DNA of 64,000 nt. Source: a virus. Positions 47,699 to 57,635 of the stretch are shown in pieces (position 1 is the stretch's first letter; each line of letters opens with the position of its first letter). The stretch covers positions 64,001-128,000 of the IMG/VR virus record IMGVR_UViG_3300028844_006119, one strand, 5' to 3'. A program made the position numbers and the translations under genes. The notes under the pieces are model-generated. The model did not search any database, was not told the DNA's origin, and saw only the letters and a list, made by a program, of their open reading frames with translations.

Positions 47699-47739
47699 GG
47701 GCCCCGGTTCCCATAAGGGGGCTGGGGCCCTTTCGTTTT
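47699..47739 (+). terminator. Intrinsic terminator after the capsid gene
   Basis: GGGCCCCGGTTCCC-ATAA-GGGGGCTGGGGCCC followed by TTTCGTTTT. Confidence 0.8.
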
Positions 47740-47758
47740 CTCAGAGGAATTCATCGCT

Positions 47759-48325
47759 ATGAAACTGATGATCAGAAACACATCTAGGGATAAGACGACC
47801 GCTGCCATGCGAAAAGCGCGGCCTGGAGATGTCCAGCCAAACCCTACGATCAAGAAGGTCAGACTTCCTCCCGGCGGATCCCTTACCGTTGATTCCAATG
47901 ATCTGAGCAGCCTCGACGCACGGCTGATTCAGAAGCTTATGGGCTGTGGATGCCTCCGCACATTTGCGATGACATCCTCGGGGCCTATGCGCGCTATCGA
48001 TGCCGATGAGATCGGAGAGCTGTGTGATCTTTCGATCCCTGTTCCCCCTCCGGCGCCTGCGCCCGCACCCACGATTCCTGAGCCCGAGCCCGCAGTCGAA
48101 GAGATTGTGGCGGCCCCCGAGCCTGAACCGGAACCCGAACCGGAACCCGAACCGGAGCCAGAGGAAGACCTCGGCCCCGAAGAGGCTCCATACCTAGAAG
48201 CGGAGCTAAAGGCGATGAAAAACGTTGACCTTCGCTCCATCCTTTCTGACATGGACTTCGGCCGGACTACCGGCATGAACAAGTCCTCCCTAGTCAACGC
48301 AATCCTCGAGATGCAGGAGTCTTAA
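47759..48325 (+). CDS. Protein with (PE)n linker and C-terminal Rho-N/HeH-like domain
   Basis: PEPEPEPE tract; LKAMKNVDLRSIL...MNKSSLVNAIL. Confidence 0.7.
   Translation: MKLMIRNTSRDKTTAAMRKARPGDVQPNPTIKKVRLPPGGSLTVDSNDLSSLDARLIQKLMGCGCLRTFAMTSSGPMRAIDADEIGELCDLSIPVPPPAPAPAPTIPEPEPAVEEIVAAPEPEPEPEPEPEPEPEEDLGPEEAPYLEAELKAMKNVDLRSILSDMDFGRTTGMNKSSLVNAILEMQES
48116..48162 (+). repeat. Coding hexamer tandem repeat (Pro-Glu)n
   Basis: GAACCG/GAACCC units. Confidence 0.75.
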
Positions 48326-48326
48326 A

Positions 48327-48803
48327 ATGCCGCAGGTTCGCATTCACAACATCACCGATCGTCCCAATGTCGATACCCCTGCGTACGCAGTCAAGGTTGC
48401 GGGTCAGCGGGTTCGCCCCGGCAAGTCTATTTCCGTGGATGATGGCCTGCTGTCTCCTAAGTTTCGTAAGCTGCACGGCACGGACATTTGGATTGGGGCA
48501 CAGGTCCCCGCCAAGTACAAGGCCACCAGCAAGGCGGCTCTCCGGGCCCTCAACGAGAACACCCCTCCGATGACGGCAGACCAGGCACGCGAGTACTTGG
48601 CGACCCTTCCGAAGAGCGATCTTCTCCAGCTGTGTGATCATATGAGCCCCTCGCTCTCCTTCGCCAAGGAGCCTTCCAGCCGGATGCTCGTGGTCAAGGT
48701 CGCACGCGCTGCCTTCTCCGATTCTCGAGTTCTGAGCCCAGAGCACTTCTTCTGGCTCCGGCGATGGAACAAGCAGGGCAATACCTTCGTTGAGCGCGAC
48801 TGA
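48327..48803 (+). CDS. Hypothetical protein
   Basis: ORF in operon context. Confidence 0.7.
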   Translation: MPQVRIHNITDRPNVDTPAYAVKVAGQRVRPGKSISVDDGLLSPKFRKLHGTDIWIGAQVPAKYKATSKAALRALNENTPPMTADQAREYLATLPKSDLLQLCDHMSPSLSFAKEPSSRMLVVKVARAAFSDSRVLSPEHFFWLRRWNKQGNTFVERD

Positions 48804-49300
48804 TGTTCTCCACCACCACTCAGATCCCGGCAGCAAGCAAAAGAATGAACCAGATGGTGGCGATGATTCGCCTCTATCTTCGGGACTTTCCCGAGCTGAA
48901 CCGGCTGATTAGTGGTGAGGAGACCAGTGACCGTATGATCGCCTGGTCGATCATCGATGCCCTCGACGACTACAACACGACTCCTCCGTTCATCGGGGCG
49001 GCTAGTCTCACCAGCTTCCCCTCCACCTCGCTATTGCGCGAGGGGGCTGTAATCCGAATTCTCGAGTCCGTCGGACTCTTGCAGGTTCGGAATCAGATGA
49101 ACTACTCGGACGGAGGGGTCTCTGTTTCGGTCTCCGATAAGGCACCTCTGTTGATGGGCTGGATTCAGATGTTCCGGCAATCCTATGAGCAGAAGAAAGT
49201 CCGCATCAAATCGTCTATGAACGTAGAGATGGCGTTCGAGGGAGACGGAATTCACTCCGAATACTTCGTCGTCAACGGCATCTACTTCTCTGGCTTTTAG
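48803..49300 (+). CDS. Probable head-tail adaptor (neck) protein
   Basis: Helical 165-aa protein with a YSDGGVSVSV beta hairpin, downstream of the capsid gene. Confidence 0.55.
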   Translation: MFSTTTQIPAASKRMNQMVAMIRLYLRDFPELNRLISGEETSDRMIAWSIIDALDDYNTTPPFIGAASLTSFPSTSLLREGAVIRILESVGLLQVRNQMNYSDGGVSVSVSDKAPLLMGWIQMFRQSYEQKKVRIKSSMNVEMAFEGDGIHSEYFVVNGIYFSGF

Positions 49301-49309
49301 GAGCTCTAA

Positions 49310-50158
49310 ATGTCTGACTGGTTCAAGAATCCCGCCTCTGAAATCCCCGATGAGATGTGGAGAGCTCCTGCCCCCATGCAGCGCCAGGCGGACGCCGTGG
49401 TGATGTGGGCTGAGCTCACGGGCAAGCACGCTTCCTTCGACGGCGTCAAGGCGTTTGGGCAAACCCTTCGGCTAAACCCGCGAAGTGATGATCTAGAGAA
49501 TGCCTTTGCTCACTATGAGAAAAAGACGGGCAAACGTAGGAACCAGATGTCCCAGAGAGACGTCTACAACTCTTTGCGGGCTACGGGCATGGGAAAGTCC
49601 GCCGCATTCAAGCCCCTCTGGGAGCAACAGGGCGTCAAATCGTGGGCACAGGAAGATGCTTTGATGGCGGCCATCAAAGCCGAGGCTACTCCTGCAAGAA
49701 AGGCAAAGCTTATTCAGAGGCTCCGTAAGTTAGAGAGCTCCAACCTAGAAGGGGATTACGGCATTAAAAGTGCCTCCCTTGCTGAGATGGTGGGGCACAA
49801 AGAAGCCGCCTGGAAGCCTGGAGTCAAAAAGGCCATTCACATGGCTGGGGACAACATCGAGCTCACGGGTGCTGCAATCGGAGCGCCACTTGGCGGCCTA
49901 AAGGCATACACGGACTATCGTGAGGGGAAGGGTGGGATTAGCAAGGCCGAGGCAACCCTTAAGGGGGAGATCACCAAGGCGCAGTCTCAGAAGGCGGACA
50001 AGAAGCGGATCGCTAAGCTGAGGCAGAAGCTCCAGACCGCCAAGTCCCGCAGAGAGAACATCGGCGCAACGACCGCAAAGGGGATCGGCCTCGGGGCGAC
50101 GACTGGAGCCCTCGGCATGCACGCAATTAAGCGGATGCGCGGGGCAGGGCCGAAGTGA
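49310..50158 (+). CDS. Multi-module putative internal virion protein
   Basis: GKHAS, GKSAA, IKSAS and HKEAA separate short modules; the last is basic with glycine zippers. Confidence 0.65.
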   Translation: MSDWFKNPASEIPDEMWRAPAPMQRQADAVVMWAELTGKHASFDGVKAFGQTLRLNPRSDDLENAFAHYEKKTGKRRNQMSQRDVYNSLRATGMGKSAAFKPLWEQQGVKSWAQEDALMAAIKAEATPARKAKLIQRLRKLESSNLEGDYGIKSASLAEMVGHKEAAWKPGVKKAIHMAGDNIELTGAAIGAPLGGLKAYTDYREGKGGISKAEATLKGEITKAQSQKADKKRIAKLRQKLQTAKSRRENIGATTAKGIGLGATTGALGMHAIKRMRGAGPK

Positions 50159-51033
50159 TCAAGTTTTGCAATGAAAGAGTGCTCTCTTTTGAGCTGGATT
50201 ACCTGGACGTCATGTGGGAAATCGAGCCCACAACTGAGGACGTTCAGGAGTACCAGTTCTTTGTAGAGCGCTCTGAGGCGGAGGCAGGGCCTTGGCTTCA
50301 GATTGCAGGACCCCTCGTCGATGTCTACCGATTCCGGGACAACGCTACTCCCCAGATTACGACCAATGCCCGGACTCTCTTCTACCGAGTAAAGGCACTT
50401 CATTCCCCTACCGGAAGGATTGTCTACTCTCCTCTTTTCGACCAAGAGGGGCCTATTTCTTTACACGCTAAAGAAATGGTGAGACTGGAGAGAGTGCTGT
50501 TTGAGGAATTCGTCGCAATCCACTGTTGGATTTTCCCTCGCCGCACGTTTGGGCAGAGATGCCCGAACTGCTATGACGACGTCCTGGACAAAGTCATTGA
50601 TGACTCCTGCCCTACCTGCTGGAGTACCGGATTCAGTGGCGGTTACCACCACCCCATCTCTTTTTGGGCCCAGATTGATGCCCCAGAGCAAACGGAGCAG
50701 GTGTCTCTTGAGGACCACCGAAGGGTGCTGTATTACCAGATTCGGTGTGGCCCAAGCCCCGCGCTGAAGCCTATGGACCTAATCATCGATCACCAAAACA
50801 GAAGGTACCGGGTGGTGACGGTCTCCGGCACTGCCCGACTGGGGGTAACTGTTCGGCAGGAGGCACGTCTGGTCCAGATCCAGAGGGGCTCCATCGAGGA
50901 CAAGATCCCGCTGAAGGTAGATACTGCTACAGTAAAGAGATTCCCAGAAAAGGTCTTTACCAACCCCCACTCGTTAGAGGCCGCAGAGCCTGACATCTCT
51001 AGCATCTTCGGTGCCTACGGATACACCCCATGA
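50155..51033 (+). CDS. Probable head closure/neck protein with FN3-like N-terminus and Zn motif
   Basis: VMWE...YQFFVERSE...YRFRD...FYRVKA; CPNC...CPTCWSTGFSGGY. Confidence 0.5.
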   Translation: MIKFCNERVLSFELDYLDVMWEIEPTTEDVQEYQFFVERSEAEAGPWLQIAGPLVDVYRFRDNATPQITTNARTLFYRVKALHSPTGRIVYSPLFDQEGPISLHAKEMVRLERVLFEEFVAIHCWIFPRRTFGQRCPNCYDDVLDKVIDDSCPTCWSTGFSGGYHHPISFWAQIDAPEQTEQVSLEDHRRVLYYQIRCGPSPALKPMDLIIDHQNRRYRVVTVSGTARLGVTVRQEARLVQIQRGSIEDKIPLKVDTATVKRFPEKVFTNPHSLEAAEPDISSIFGAYGYTP

Positions 51034-51386
51034 CGAATCGCAAGACGGACAACGGAAGGCCCTTCACTCGAGGGATGCTTCTTCCGGCTGCAGCAACCGG
51101 CGCTGGGATGTTTGCCGGAGGCATGATGGGTGCCGCCGGAGCACGGGCCATTCTCCGCTCCCCCGGTATGGCAGAAAAGCTCCGCAGAATGAGCCCGGCA
51201 CAAAGAAAGGTCTTCGGCGAGCGAGCCCTTCTGGTGACTAATACCGCAGGCAACATGGCTGGGGCTGGGGCCGGGTACCTCGCCCACTCGCTCTTTCAGG
51301 ACGAGATGGACAAGAGAAAGAAGAGCAGGGAGAAGACTGCCTCCGCGTTTCTCTACTGCTTGGAGTACCTAAACAGCTATGAGTAG
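51030..51386 (+). CDS. Cationic glycine-zipper protein with C-terminal EKTAS
   Basis: GAGMFAGGMMGAAG; AGAGAGY; REKTASAF. Confidence 0.65.
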   Translation: MTNRKTDNGRPFTRGMLLPAAATGAGMFAGGMMGAAGARAILRSPGMAEKLRRMSPAQRKVFGERALLVTNTAGNMAGAGAGYLAHSLFQDEMDKRKKSREKTASAFLYCLEYLNSYE

Positions 51387-52218
51387 CCCCACTATCAGAC
51401 GATCTGCGCTTGAGTTGGGCCGGGGAGACGACCCAGTTGTCTACTCCCTGCGTCTATACGTGCAGTATCTTCAGGGGCTTTTTAACTTCATGCCTAAGGG
51501 CTCCTTTTATTGGGACCCAGACAAGGAAGTCTCTGAGATCGTCATTAGGGCGCAGGCTCCTTTAGATCTCAAGACGGTAGGGAAACGCCCCGCGATCACT
51601 GTGGTGATGGGCCCATATAACTTCTCCAATATCGGCCTCGACAATCTTTTATCGTATAATCCTCGGACGGGGGCTCGGGTCCGAACGGATCTGATCAGCG
51701 GCCACTTGGTGGTATACTGTATAGCGAATTCGGACATCCTGGCGATGAGGCTGTCCCACCTGGTCGCGCACCACACTCGAGTCAACCAGCGCCTACTGGA
51801 GAGCCCGGGAGGATTTCATTCTATCGCTCGACCTGCCCCTCAGGTAAACTCCCCCAGCCCTCCGGGACAGCTGGTGATGGGTGACCCAGGACAGCTGATC
51901 ATGACTCAGGTCAATATCCCCTTTCAGATGCAATGGACGTGGGAAACTACCCCAAAGCAGTCCGCTCAGTTAAGGTCGCTTAGCATGATCACCGATAACC
52001 GCCGCCCCTCAGAGGTTGAATATCAGGAGCCTACGCAGGTAGAATCAATTACTCTTGCTATGTCGACTTCTGATGTGCGGGTGCGTCGATTAAACAATAG
52101 AAGTATCATCACCCAAAGTGACGGACTTCCCACCAGTTCAAAGCCCTCGGTAGTCAAGATCCACGATGGTATTGATGACTTCCAAACTTCCGGCCTAGAA
52201 TCTTTTCAGGAGAATTAA
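51379..52218 (+). CDS. Probable tail completion/terminator protein
   Basis: Directly upstream of the sheath gene; RPAITV motif. Confidence 0.5.
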   Translation: MSSPTIRRSALELGRGDDPVVYSLRLYVQYLQGLFNFMPKGSFYWDPDKEVSEIVIRAQAPLDLKTVGKRPAITVVMGPYNFSNIGLDNLLSYNPRTGARVRTDLISGHLVVYCIANSDILAMRLSHLVAHHTRVNQRLLESPGGFHSIARPAPQVNSPSPPGQLVMGDPGQLIMTQVNIPFQMQWTWETTPKQSAQLRSLSMITDNRRPSEVEYQEPTQVESITLAMSTSDVRVRRLNNRSIITQSDGLPTSSKPSVVKIHDGIDDFQTSGLESFQEN

Positions 52219-52221
52219 TCA

Positions 52222-55200
52222 ATGGCTTCCGAGACCCGCCCTGGCGTTATCGTTGTGCAGGAGCTTTCAGAGACGCCCGCGGCTGTCTCGGCCCCTACAC
52301 TTGTTCCTGTTGTTGTCGGCCCTTGCTATCAGATCGTCGAGGCTCTTGAGAGCGACGGCTCTCTGAATGCAGACGCACAGTATGCCGACGAGCAGTACAA
52401 CCAGGTGGCACTTGCCATCCCGCAGGCAGATCTGCCTGACCCCCGCAGCAACATCACCGAAGTCAATATCGATGAGTCGCAGGTGGGCCTGAGTCTGTAC
52501 TTCGGTGGCCTGCTGGCCACGGTTGCGCGGGGCTCCAACAGCAGCACTGGGTCTTCCTTCCTTAAGGGAGTCAACCTCTGCGCGAAGCCCGCAATCTTCA
52601 CGGACGAAGTCAGCGGCACCTACGATTTCACCAGCTACGGCGATGCCGGTGCGCTGCTGACTCTGGCCTTTGATCTTCCCAGCTCCTCCGTCACCTCCAA
52701 CGACGTGACGATTACGTTCACTGGTTCGATGACGGCAACCGAGGTTGCGGACGCGATCAATGGCGCTGTGGGCGCAGATGTCGCCGAAGTCGTCGACAGC
52801 ACCAACAGCTACGGGATCTCCAGCTTTACTAGCGCCGCTTACGAGCTGGTTCTGATCTACACAGCAGGGTTCGGCGCGACCTCGAACATCACTGTTCGGG
52901 CCAACGGCTCGGCTCTCGCAGTCCTCTTCACCGGACTGTCCACCTCCGTGGACCACCGCATCGAAGGTGCTGGCTTCCGCGGAGAGGATGATGATGACGG
53001 AGACCTCACTACGCCTTGGATCGAGTGGCACCGCGGGGCGTACAAGTTTGGTACCCCCGGTACCGCGCTGACAGGCAACGCCTCCGCAGATGACGCGTTC
53101 AACACTTCCGGCGGCCCCGGCCCCTCTGCTGCAGACTTTGTGGGGCTCATTGACCTGAATGGTGCGTACACCGGCTCCAAGGCCACGGATGTCACCTTTA
53201 CCGGAAGTGCTCCGGTCGTTCCTCTTTCGGCAGCCACGACCACCCTCGAAGGGGATGAGTTCTGGGGCGATGGCTCTCAGGTCGGAGACGGCGTAATCAC
53301 TGTCGTAGAGCAGCGACGGTTTAAGGTCGGCGTCCTGGACAACGCACTGTCTACCTTTGACGGTAACGGTGACCCCACTTCGGCGGTCTACACTACCCTC
53401 GAGGTCAACACCCCCTCCCACGGAACCCCGTTTTCTCCGAAGTACTCGTACTTCGTTGCGAACAACTTGGTCTACGGGGAGGTCACTCCCGAGGGAACTG
53501 CAGCCGCAGTCACGGGCTCGATCACTGGCCTCGCTCCGCAGTCGGCCACGGTTTATACCTCGACGGTTTCTTCTTCCTGGCTCACGGCTATGCCGGCCAC
53601 CGACGTACTCCTGTCTGGGGGCACTCTGACCATCCAGATCACGGAGGACGGAGTTCAGGGTGACGAAGTTACCTTTAACTTTGCCGAAGGTGCCGCGCAC
53701 GCTGGTGCGTATGCGACCGTCGCAGAGATTGCGGCCGATCTGACCTCCGGGTTTGACGGTGTCACAGTTACTGCGTTTGATTCTGATGGCGACGGAGAGG
53801 ATGACTCCCTGGTCTTCCAGACCACTAAGACTGGCTCCGACCAGAGCATCAGCGTGAAGACGACGGGCACCAACAGCATCGCGTCTAGCTTGGGCATCAC
53901 CTCTACCCTTACCGGTACCGGTAAGGACTACGAGTTCGCAGAGCAGGCGATCATCACGGGCGATTACATCACCGTGCCGCTGCCCTCCGACCAGAGCGCT
54001 GCCATTGAGTTCACCGTCGTTGACTCCTTTGGTACGCATACCTTCGACGCAGGGGCTGCCGCTACCACAGCACTGGCGGACCTGGATGCTCTCGGACAGG
54101 CAATCTCGGGAGACACCTCGCACGCCAGTGGCGTCTACAGCGTCAACCTGAACGCGACCTCTGGCGGCTTTGAAGTCGCGACTCTGTACTTCATCGACGA
54201 AGACGGAGATGTCATCACCAACCCTGTCGGCGCCCTCAATGGTCGCATGGTCATCAAGACCACGCAGGGCGGTAGCAGCGTCGACGTGTCCGTGGATTCT
54301 ACGGACGACACGGATCTGATCCTTCTCGGCTTCACGGACACCGGCTTCGCTGCGGAGCTCAGCGGTGACGTCGTGGATGGAAGTAGCATCCTTGTAAACA
54401 CCGCTGGCGATACTCTCACGGTGTACGACGGCACTACGACTTGGACGTTCACCGCTTCCGGGGACATTACTACGGCGGCTGCGCTAGTCGCTGCGCTGAA
54501 CGATGATGCTGAGGCACAGTGGGGCGGAGATGCTGCTGCGGTAACTGCGGCGGCTCACTTCTTTGTGGTTCCCCAGTCTGTTGTGGGAACGAACCAGATC
54601 GGGGTCCGGCTAATCAACGGCGGAACTCTAACTCTAGGCGGCACCCAGACTCAGAGCCTTACCGGCGGAGCCGACGACTCGGTTGCAGCGGCCAGCAACA
54701 CCGATACCGGAGTGGATGAGCTCTCGGGCACGCGCCTGGCGTTCACCCTCGATGAGAACCCTTACGTCTACGAGATCGACTTCACGTCGAACTCGCTCGA
54801 CGACGGTGTCACTCTCATCAACACCACTATCGGCGGCTCTTCCGACATCGCCTCTGAGAGCGGCGGTGCCTTGGCACTGACCTCCAGCTTTGCTGGTGCG
54901 GCTTCTCGGGTCACGATTGACGACACAACGACTGCTGAGGTCACCAACGACAACGCCGAGGACGCAGGTACGGTCCTGGGAGTTACCAGTGGTGATTCGA
55001 CAGGCTCTGGCCGCCCCAACCCTGATTTCTACCAGGACGGTTCCGGCACGGTGTACGTCGGCGCGAACATCCTGCGAAACCGAAGCACTGGCGTTCCGTA
55101 CAGCCTGGCTTCCGCCCTTGCAGACATCTACTTTGACTATGTCGGCCTCCGGCTGGATGTCTCGCCTGCTGCTGCCGACCCGGCGCTGCTGAGCTTCAAC

Positions 55201-56535
55201 GATGTGACCACGATGATTGCGGCCATTGGCCCGGTCAGCACGGACAACCCGTTGGCTCTTGCCTGCTTCCTGCAGCTCTCGAACGCTCCCAGTCAGTCGG
55301 TCTCGGCTCTGGGCCTCAGCGAGACTTCCGCCGCCGCACCCCTGGGTTCGGTGACGGCACATGCAGAGGCTCTGGACTTCCTGGAGGCTAAGGAGGTCTA
55401 CGCAATCGCTCCTCTGACGGATGATGGATTCGTTCATCAGCTGTACGCGACGCACGTAGAGTCCATGTCCGCTCCTTCCGAGCGGGGTGAGCGCATCGCC
55501 ATCGTGTGGGCTCCGCAGCCTACCCGTGACACGGATGACTCCATCCAGTCCGGCACAGACGCGGAGACCAACGGCACCGACAGCTCAGTGACTCTGGGAA
55601 GCAACCCAGTCAGTGCCATCATCGGTGCGGGCGCCTCGGATGTTTCCGCTCTCACCGTGGCGGACGGCATCTACATGGAGGTGGTCATCGTCAGCCTCGG
55701 GTCTACCGAGGTCCGAAACTACAGCCTCTCGTCTCAGACCGGCGTGATCAGTGCCTTCCGCACTTCTTTCGCCTCGGGCGAGAATGACGATGGCTTCTAC
55801 TCGACCACCGCATTGGATGGAGATGCTGGGTACACCAGCATGACCTACGCTATTCGTAAGCGTGGGGAACTCCTGTTGGTGACGGGAACGACCATCCCCG
55901 ACTATGGGGCGATTGCAACCGCCGCCGCCGCGACTGGAGCTTCTTACGCCAGCCGTCGTGTCTTCCATGTCTACTGTGACTCGGTCGATACTTCGATCGA
56001 CGGTGTTGTGACCAACGTGCCCGGCTACTACACCTGCGCTGCGATCACCGGCATGATTGCTGAGCAGCCTCCGCAGCAGCCCTTTACTCGCCTGTCCATG
56101 ACCGGTTTCTCCAAGGTGTACGGCTCTGACGACACCTTCAGCGAGAACCAGATGGACACTATCGCTGATGGGGGTCGGTACATCCTCATCAACCAGGGTG
56201 GTCGGATCGCATCCCGCCACCAGAGGTCTACCGCGAGTACCAGTATCGAGGCTCGTGAGCTCTCGATTACTAAGGCGATTGACTACCTGGCCAAGGGTCT
56301 TCGGGCCACGAACCGGGTGTACATCGGTCGTTACGTCATCAACCCCGGATTTATCGACCAGCTGGTCATGTCGAACGAGGGTTTCCTCGCTCGCACCGTC
56401 CAGTCGGGCGTGGTGAACTCCGCCGCACTTAAGAGCGTGCTCCAGGATGAGAGTGCGCCCGATACAGTCCTCATTGAGGTCGAGGTTGCCCCGGCCTACC
56501 CCTGCAACAAGATTCGAATCACCATCGTTTCGTAA
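52222..56535 (+). CDS. Contractile tail sheath protein, very large (1437 aa)
   Basis: N-terminal RPGVIVVQE; C-terminal ELSITKAIDY...YIGR...PDTVLIEVEVAPAYPCNKIRITI. Confidence 0.88.
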   Translation: MASETRPGVIVVQELSETPAAVSAPTLVPVVVGPCYQIVEALESDGSLNADAQYADEQYNQVALAIPQADLPDPRSNITEVNIDESQVGLSLYFGGLLATVARGSNSSTGSSFLKGVNLCAKPAIFTDEVSGTYDFTSYGDAGALLTLAFDLPSSSVTSNDVTITFTGSMTATEVADAINGAVGADVAEVVDSTNSYGISSFTSAAYELVLIYTAGFGATSNITVRANGSALAVLFTGLSTSVDHRIEGAGFRGEDDDDGDLTTPWIEWHRGAYKFGTPGTALTGNASADDAFNTSGGPGPSAADFVGLIDLNGAYTGSKATDVTFTGSAPVVPLSAATTTLEGDEFWGDGSQVGDGVITVVEQRRFKVGVLDNALSTFDGNGDPTSAVYTTLEVNTPSHGTPFSPKYSYFVANNLVYGEVTPEGTAAAVTGSITGLAPQSATVYTSTVSSSWLTAMPATDVLLSGGTLTIQITEDGVQGDEVTFNFAEGAAHAGAYATVAEIAADLTSGFDGVTVTAFDSDGDGEDDSLVFQTTKTGSDQSISVKTTGTNSIASSLGITSTLTGTGKDYEFAEQAIITGDYITVPLPSDQSAAIEFTVVDSFGTHTFDAGAAATTALADLDALGQAISGDTSHASGVYSVNLNATSGGFEVATLYFIDEDGDVITNPVGALNGRMVIKTTQGGSSVDVSVDSTDDTDLILLGFTDTGFAAELSGDVVDGSSILVNTAGDTLTVYDGTTTWTFTASGDITTAAALVAALNDDAEAQWGGDAAAVTAAAHFFVVPQSVVGTNQIGVRLINGGTLTLGGTQTQSLTGGADDSVAAASNTDTGVDELSGTRLAFTLDENPYVYEIDFTSNSLDDGVTLINTTIGGSSDIASESGGALALTSSFAGAASRVTIDDTTTAEVTNDNAEDAGTVLGVTSGDSTGSGRPNPDFYQDGSGTVYVGANILRNRSTGVPYSLASALADIYFDYVGLRLDVSPAAADPALLSFNDVTTMIAAIGPVSTDNPLALACFLQLSNAPSQSVSALGLSETSAAAPLGSVTAHAEALDFLEAKEVYAIAPLTDDGFVHQLYATHVESMSAPSERGERIAIVWAPQPTRDTDDSIQSGTDAETNGTDSSVTLGSNPVSAIIGAGASDVSALTVADGIYMEVVIVSLGSTEVRNYSLSSQTGVISAFRTSFASGENDDGFYSTTALDGDAGYTSMTYAIRKRGELLLVTGTTIPDYGAIATAAAATGASYASRRVFHVYCDSVDTSIDGVVTNVPGYYTCAAITGMIAEQPPQQPFTRLSMTGFSKVYGSDDTFSENQMDTIADGGRYILINQGGRIASRHQRSTASTSIEARELSITKAIDYLAKGLRATNRVYIGRYVINPGFIDQLVMSNEGFLARTVQSGVVNSAALKSVLQDESAPDTVLIEVEVAPAYPCNKIRITIVS

Positions 56536-56547
56536 TAGGAGAACAAA

Positions 56548-56994
56548 ATGGCCGTTTCCGCAACAGCTAAGTCCCTCATCAACGCCGACAGCTACAGCAC
56601 CAAGTGGCATCAGAAGCGCATTCACCGCAAGCTGGATGACCGCGATGATGTCCTGGACGAGGCTCTTCAGATCATCGAGTCCCATGACGCAAGTGCGCTT
56701 CCCCGCATGACCGGCATGACCGGCTTCGGTCTTTCTCAGGCCAGCCCCGGCTCGTCCTCCGCGACTCTGACTGTCGGAGGAGCCGGCTGCACGGCTGCCT
56801 CTACGGTCACGCTTGTCCTGGGCGCTACTTCCATCGATGTCACTGCCGGCGTCAACGAGGTCACGGTCGACACCGACGGCGACGTAGACACCGTTATTGC
56901 GGCTACTACCGCAGGCGGTAAGGACGTAGTCCCGGTCTACCTGACGGTGGATGGTGTGCTTTGCCCCGTCATCACCCTGATTACTCTGGCCTAA
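56548..56994 (+). CDS. Virion accessory protein (LDDRDD family)
   Basis: N-terminus shared with the next gene; beta-rich C-terminus. Confidence 0.65.
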   Translation: MAVSATAKSLINADSYSTKWHQKRIHRKLDDRDDVLDEALQIIESHDASALPRMTGMTGFGLSQASPGSSSATLTVGGAGCTAASTVTLVLGATSIDVTAGVNEVTVDTDGDVDTVIAATTAGGKDVVPVYLTVDGVLCPVITLITLA

Positions 56995-57003
56995 GATAAG
57001 TAA

Positions 57004-57612
57004 ATGCCAGTCTCTAAAGCCCTAGAAAGCGCTACCAACTACGCTACTCGCTGGACCAGCGAGCGCGTGGAGCGCCGTTTGGACGATAGAGACGACCTAC
57101 TTAGCGAAGGCCTCTACAACCTCGAGAACCGTACCGTCACTCTCTCGGGAGACGCTACGGGGACCGGAACCGTAGACAGTAGTGGTGATCTAGACATTGC
57201 GGTCTCCCTAGCAAGCTCGTCCTTCGCGGGACTTGCTTCTACGGGAGATCTTGATGTCGACGGCGACACTACGATGGGTGGCGATCTAACATTCGATAGC
57301 ACCGTCTCCCAATCCATCACCGGACCGGTGACCGCATCTCTTTCGCTATCGCCCGGAGCTGCGGATCAGTCCCTACTTCTGTCTATTCCTACCTACGGGA
57401 ATATGGTGGAGATGAACGGCCCCAACATGGGGTTTTTCAGAGCAAGTCCTGTCGGGCAGCCCTCGAGCACCGGGGAGACCTCCGGCGTCACTGCAGGATT
57501 GGGCACTGCCCTTAATGATGATTCTACTTTCACTGGTGGAGTCGGTACGACTGCATACACCATTAGTGATATTGTGAAGCATCTCAAAAACCTAGGCCTG
57601 CTCGCGCAGTGA
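57004..57612 (+). CDS. Virion accessory/fibre-like protein (LDDRDD family)
   Basis: Shared N-terminus; TLSGDATGTG and GDLDVDG fibre-like repeats. Confidence 0.65.
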   Translation: MPVSKALESATNYATRWTSERVERRLDDRDDLLSEGLYNLENRTVTLSGDATGTGTVDSSGDLDIAVSLASSSFAGLASTGDLDVDGDTTMGGDLTFDSTVSQSITGPVTASLSLSPGAADQSLLLSIPTYGNMVEMNGPNMGFFRASPVGQPSSTGETSGVTAGLGTALNDDSTFTGGVGTTAYTISDIVKHLKNLGLLAQ

Positions 57613-57635
57613 TCTCCATCCTTTAGGAGCCTAAA

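Noticed and set aside
52267-56685. Long antisense ORFs (52267-54123, 55585-56685; also 7746-8669, 22541-23467, 31896-32792)
   Set aside because: They are shadows of GC-rich, codon-biased genes on the other strand and show no motifs or RBS
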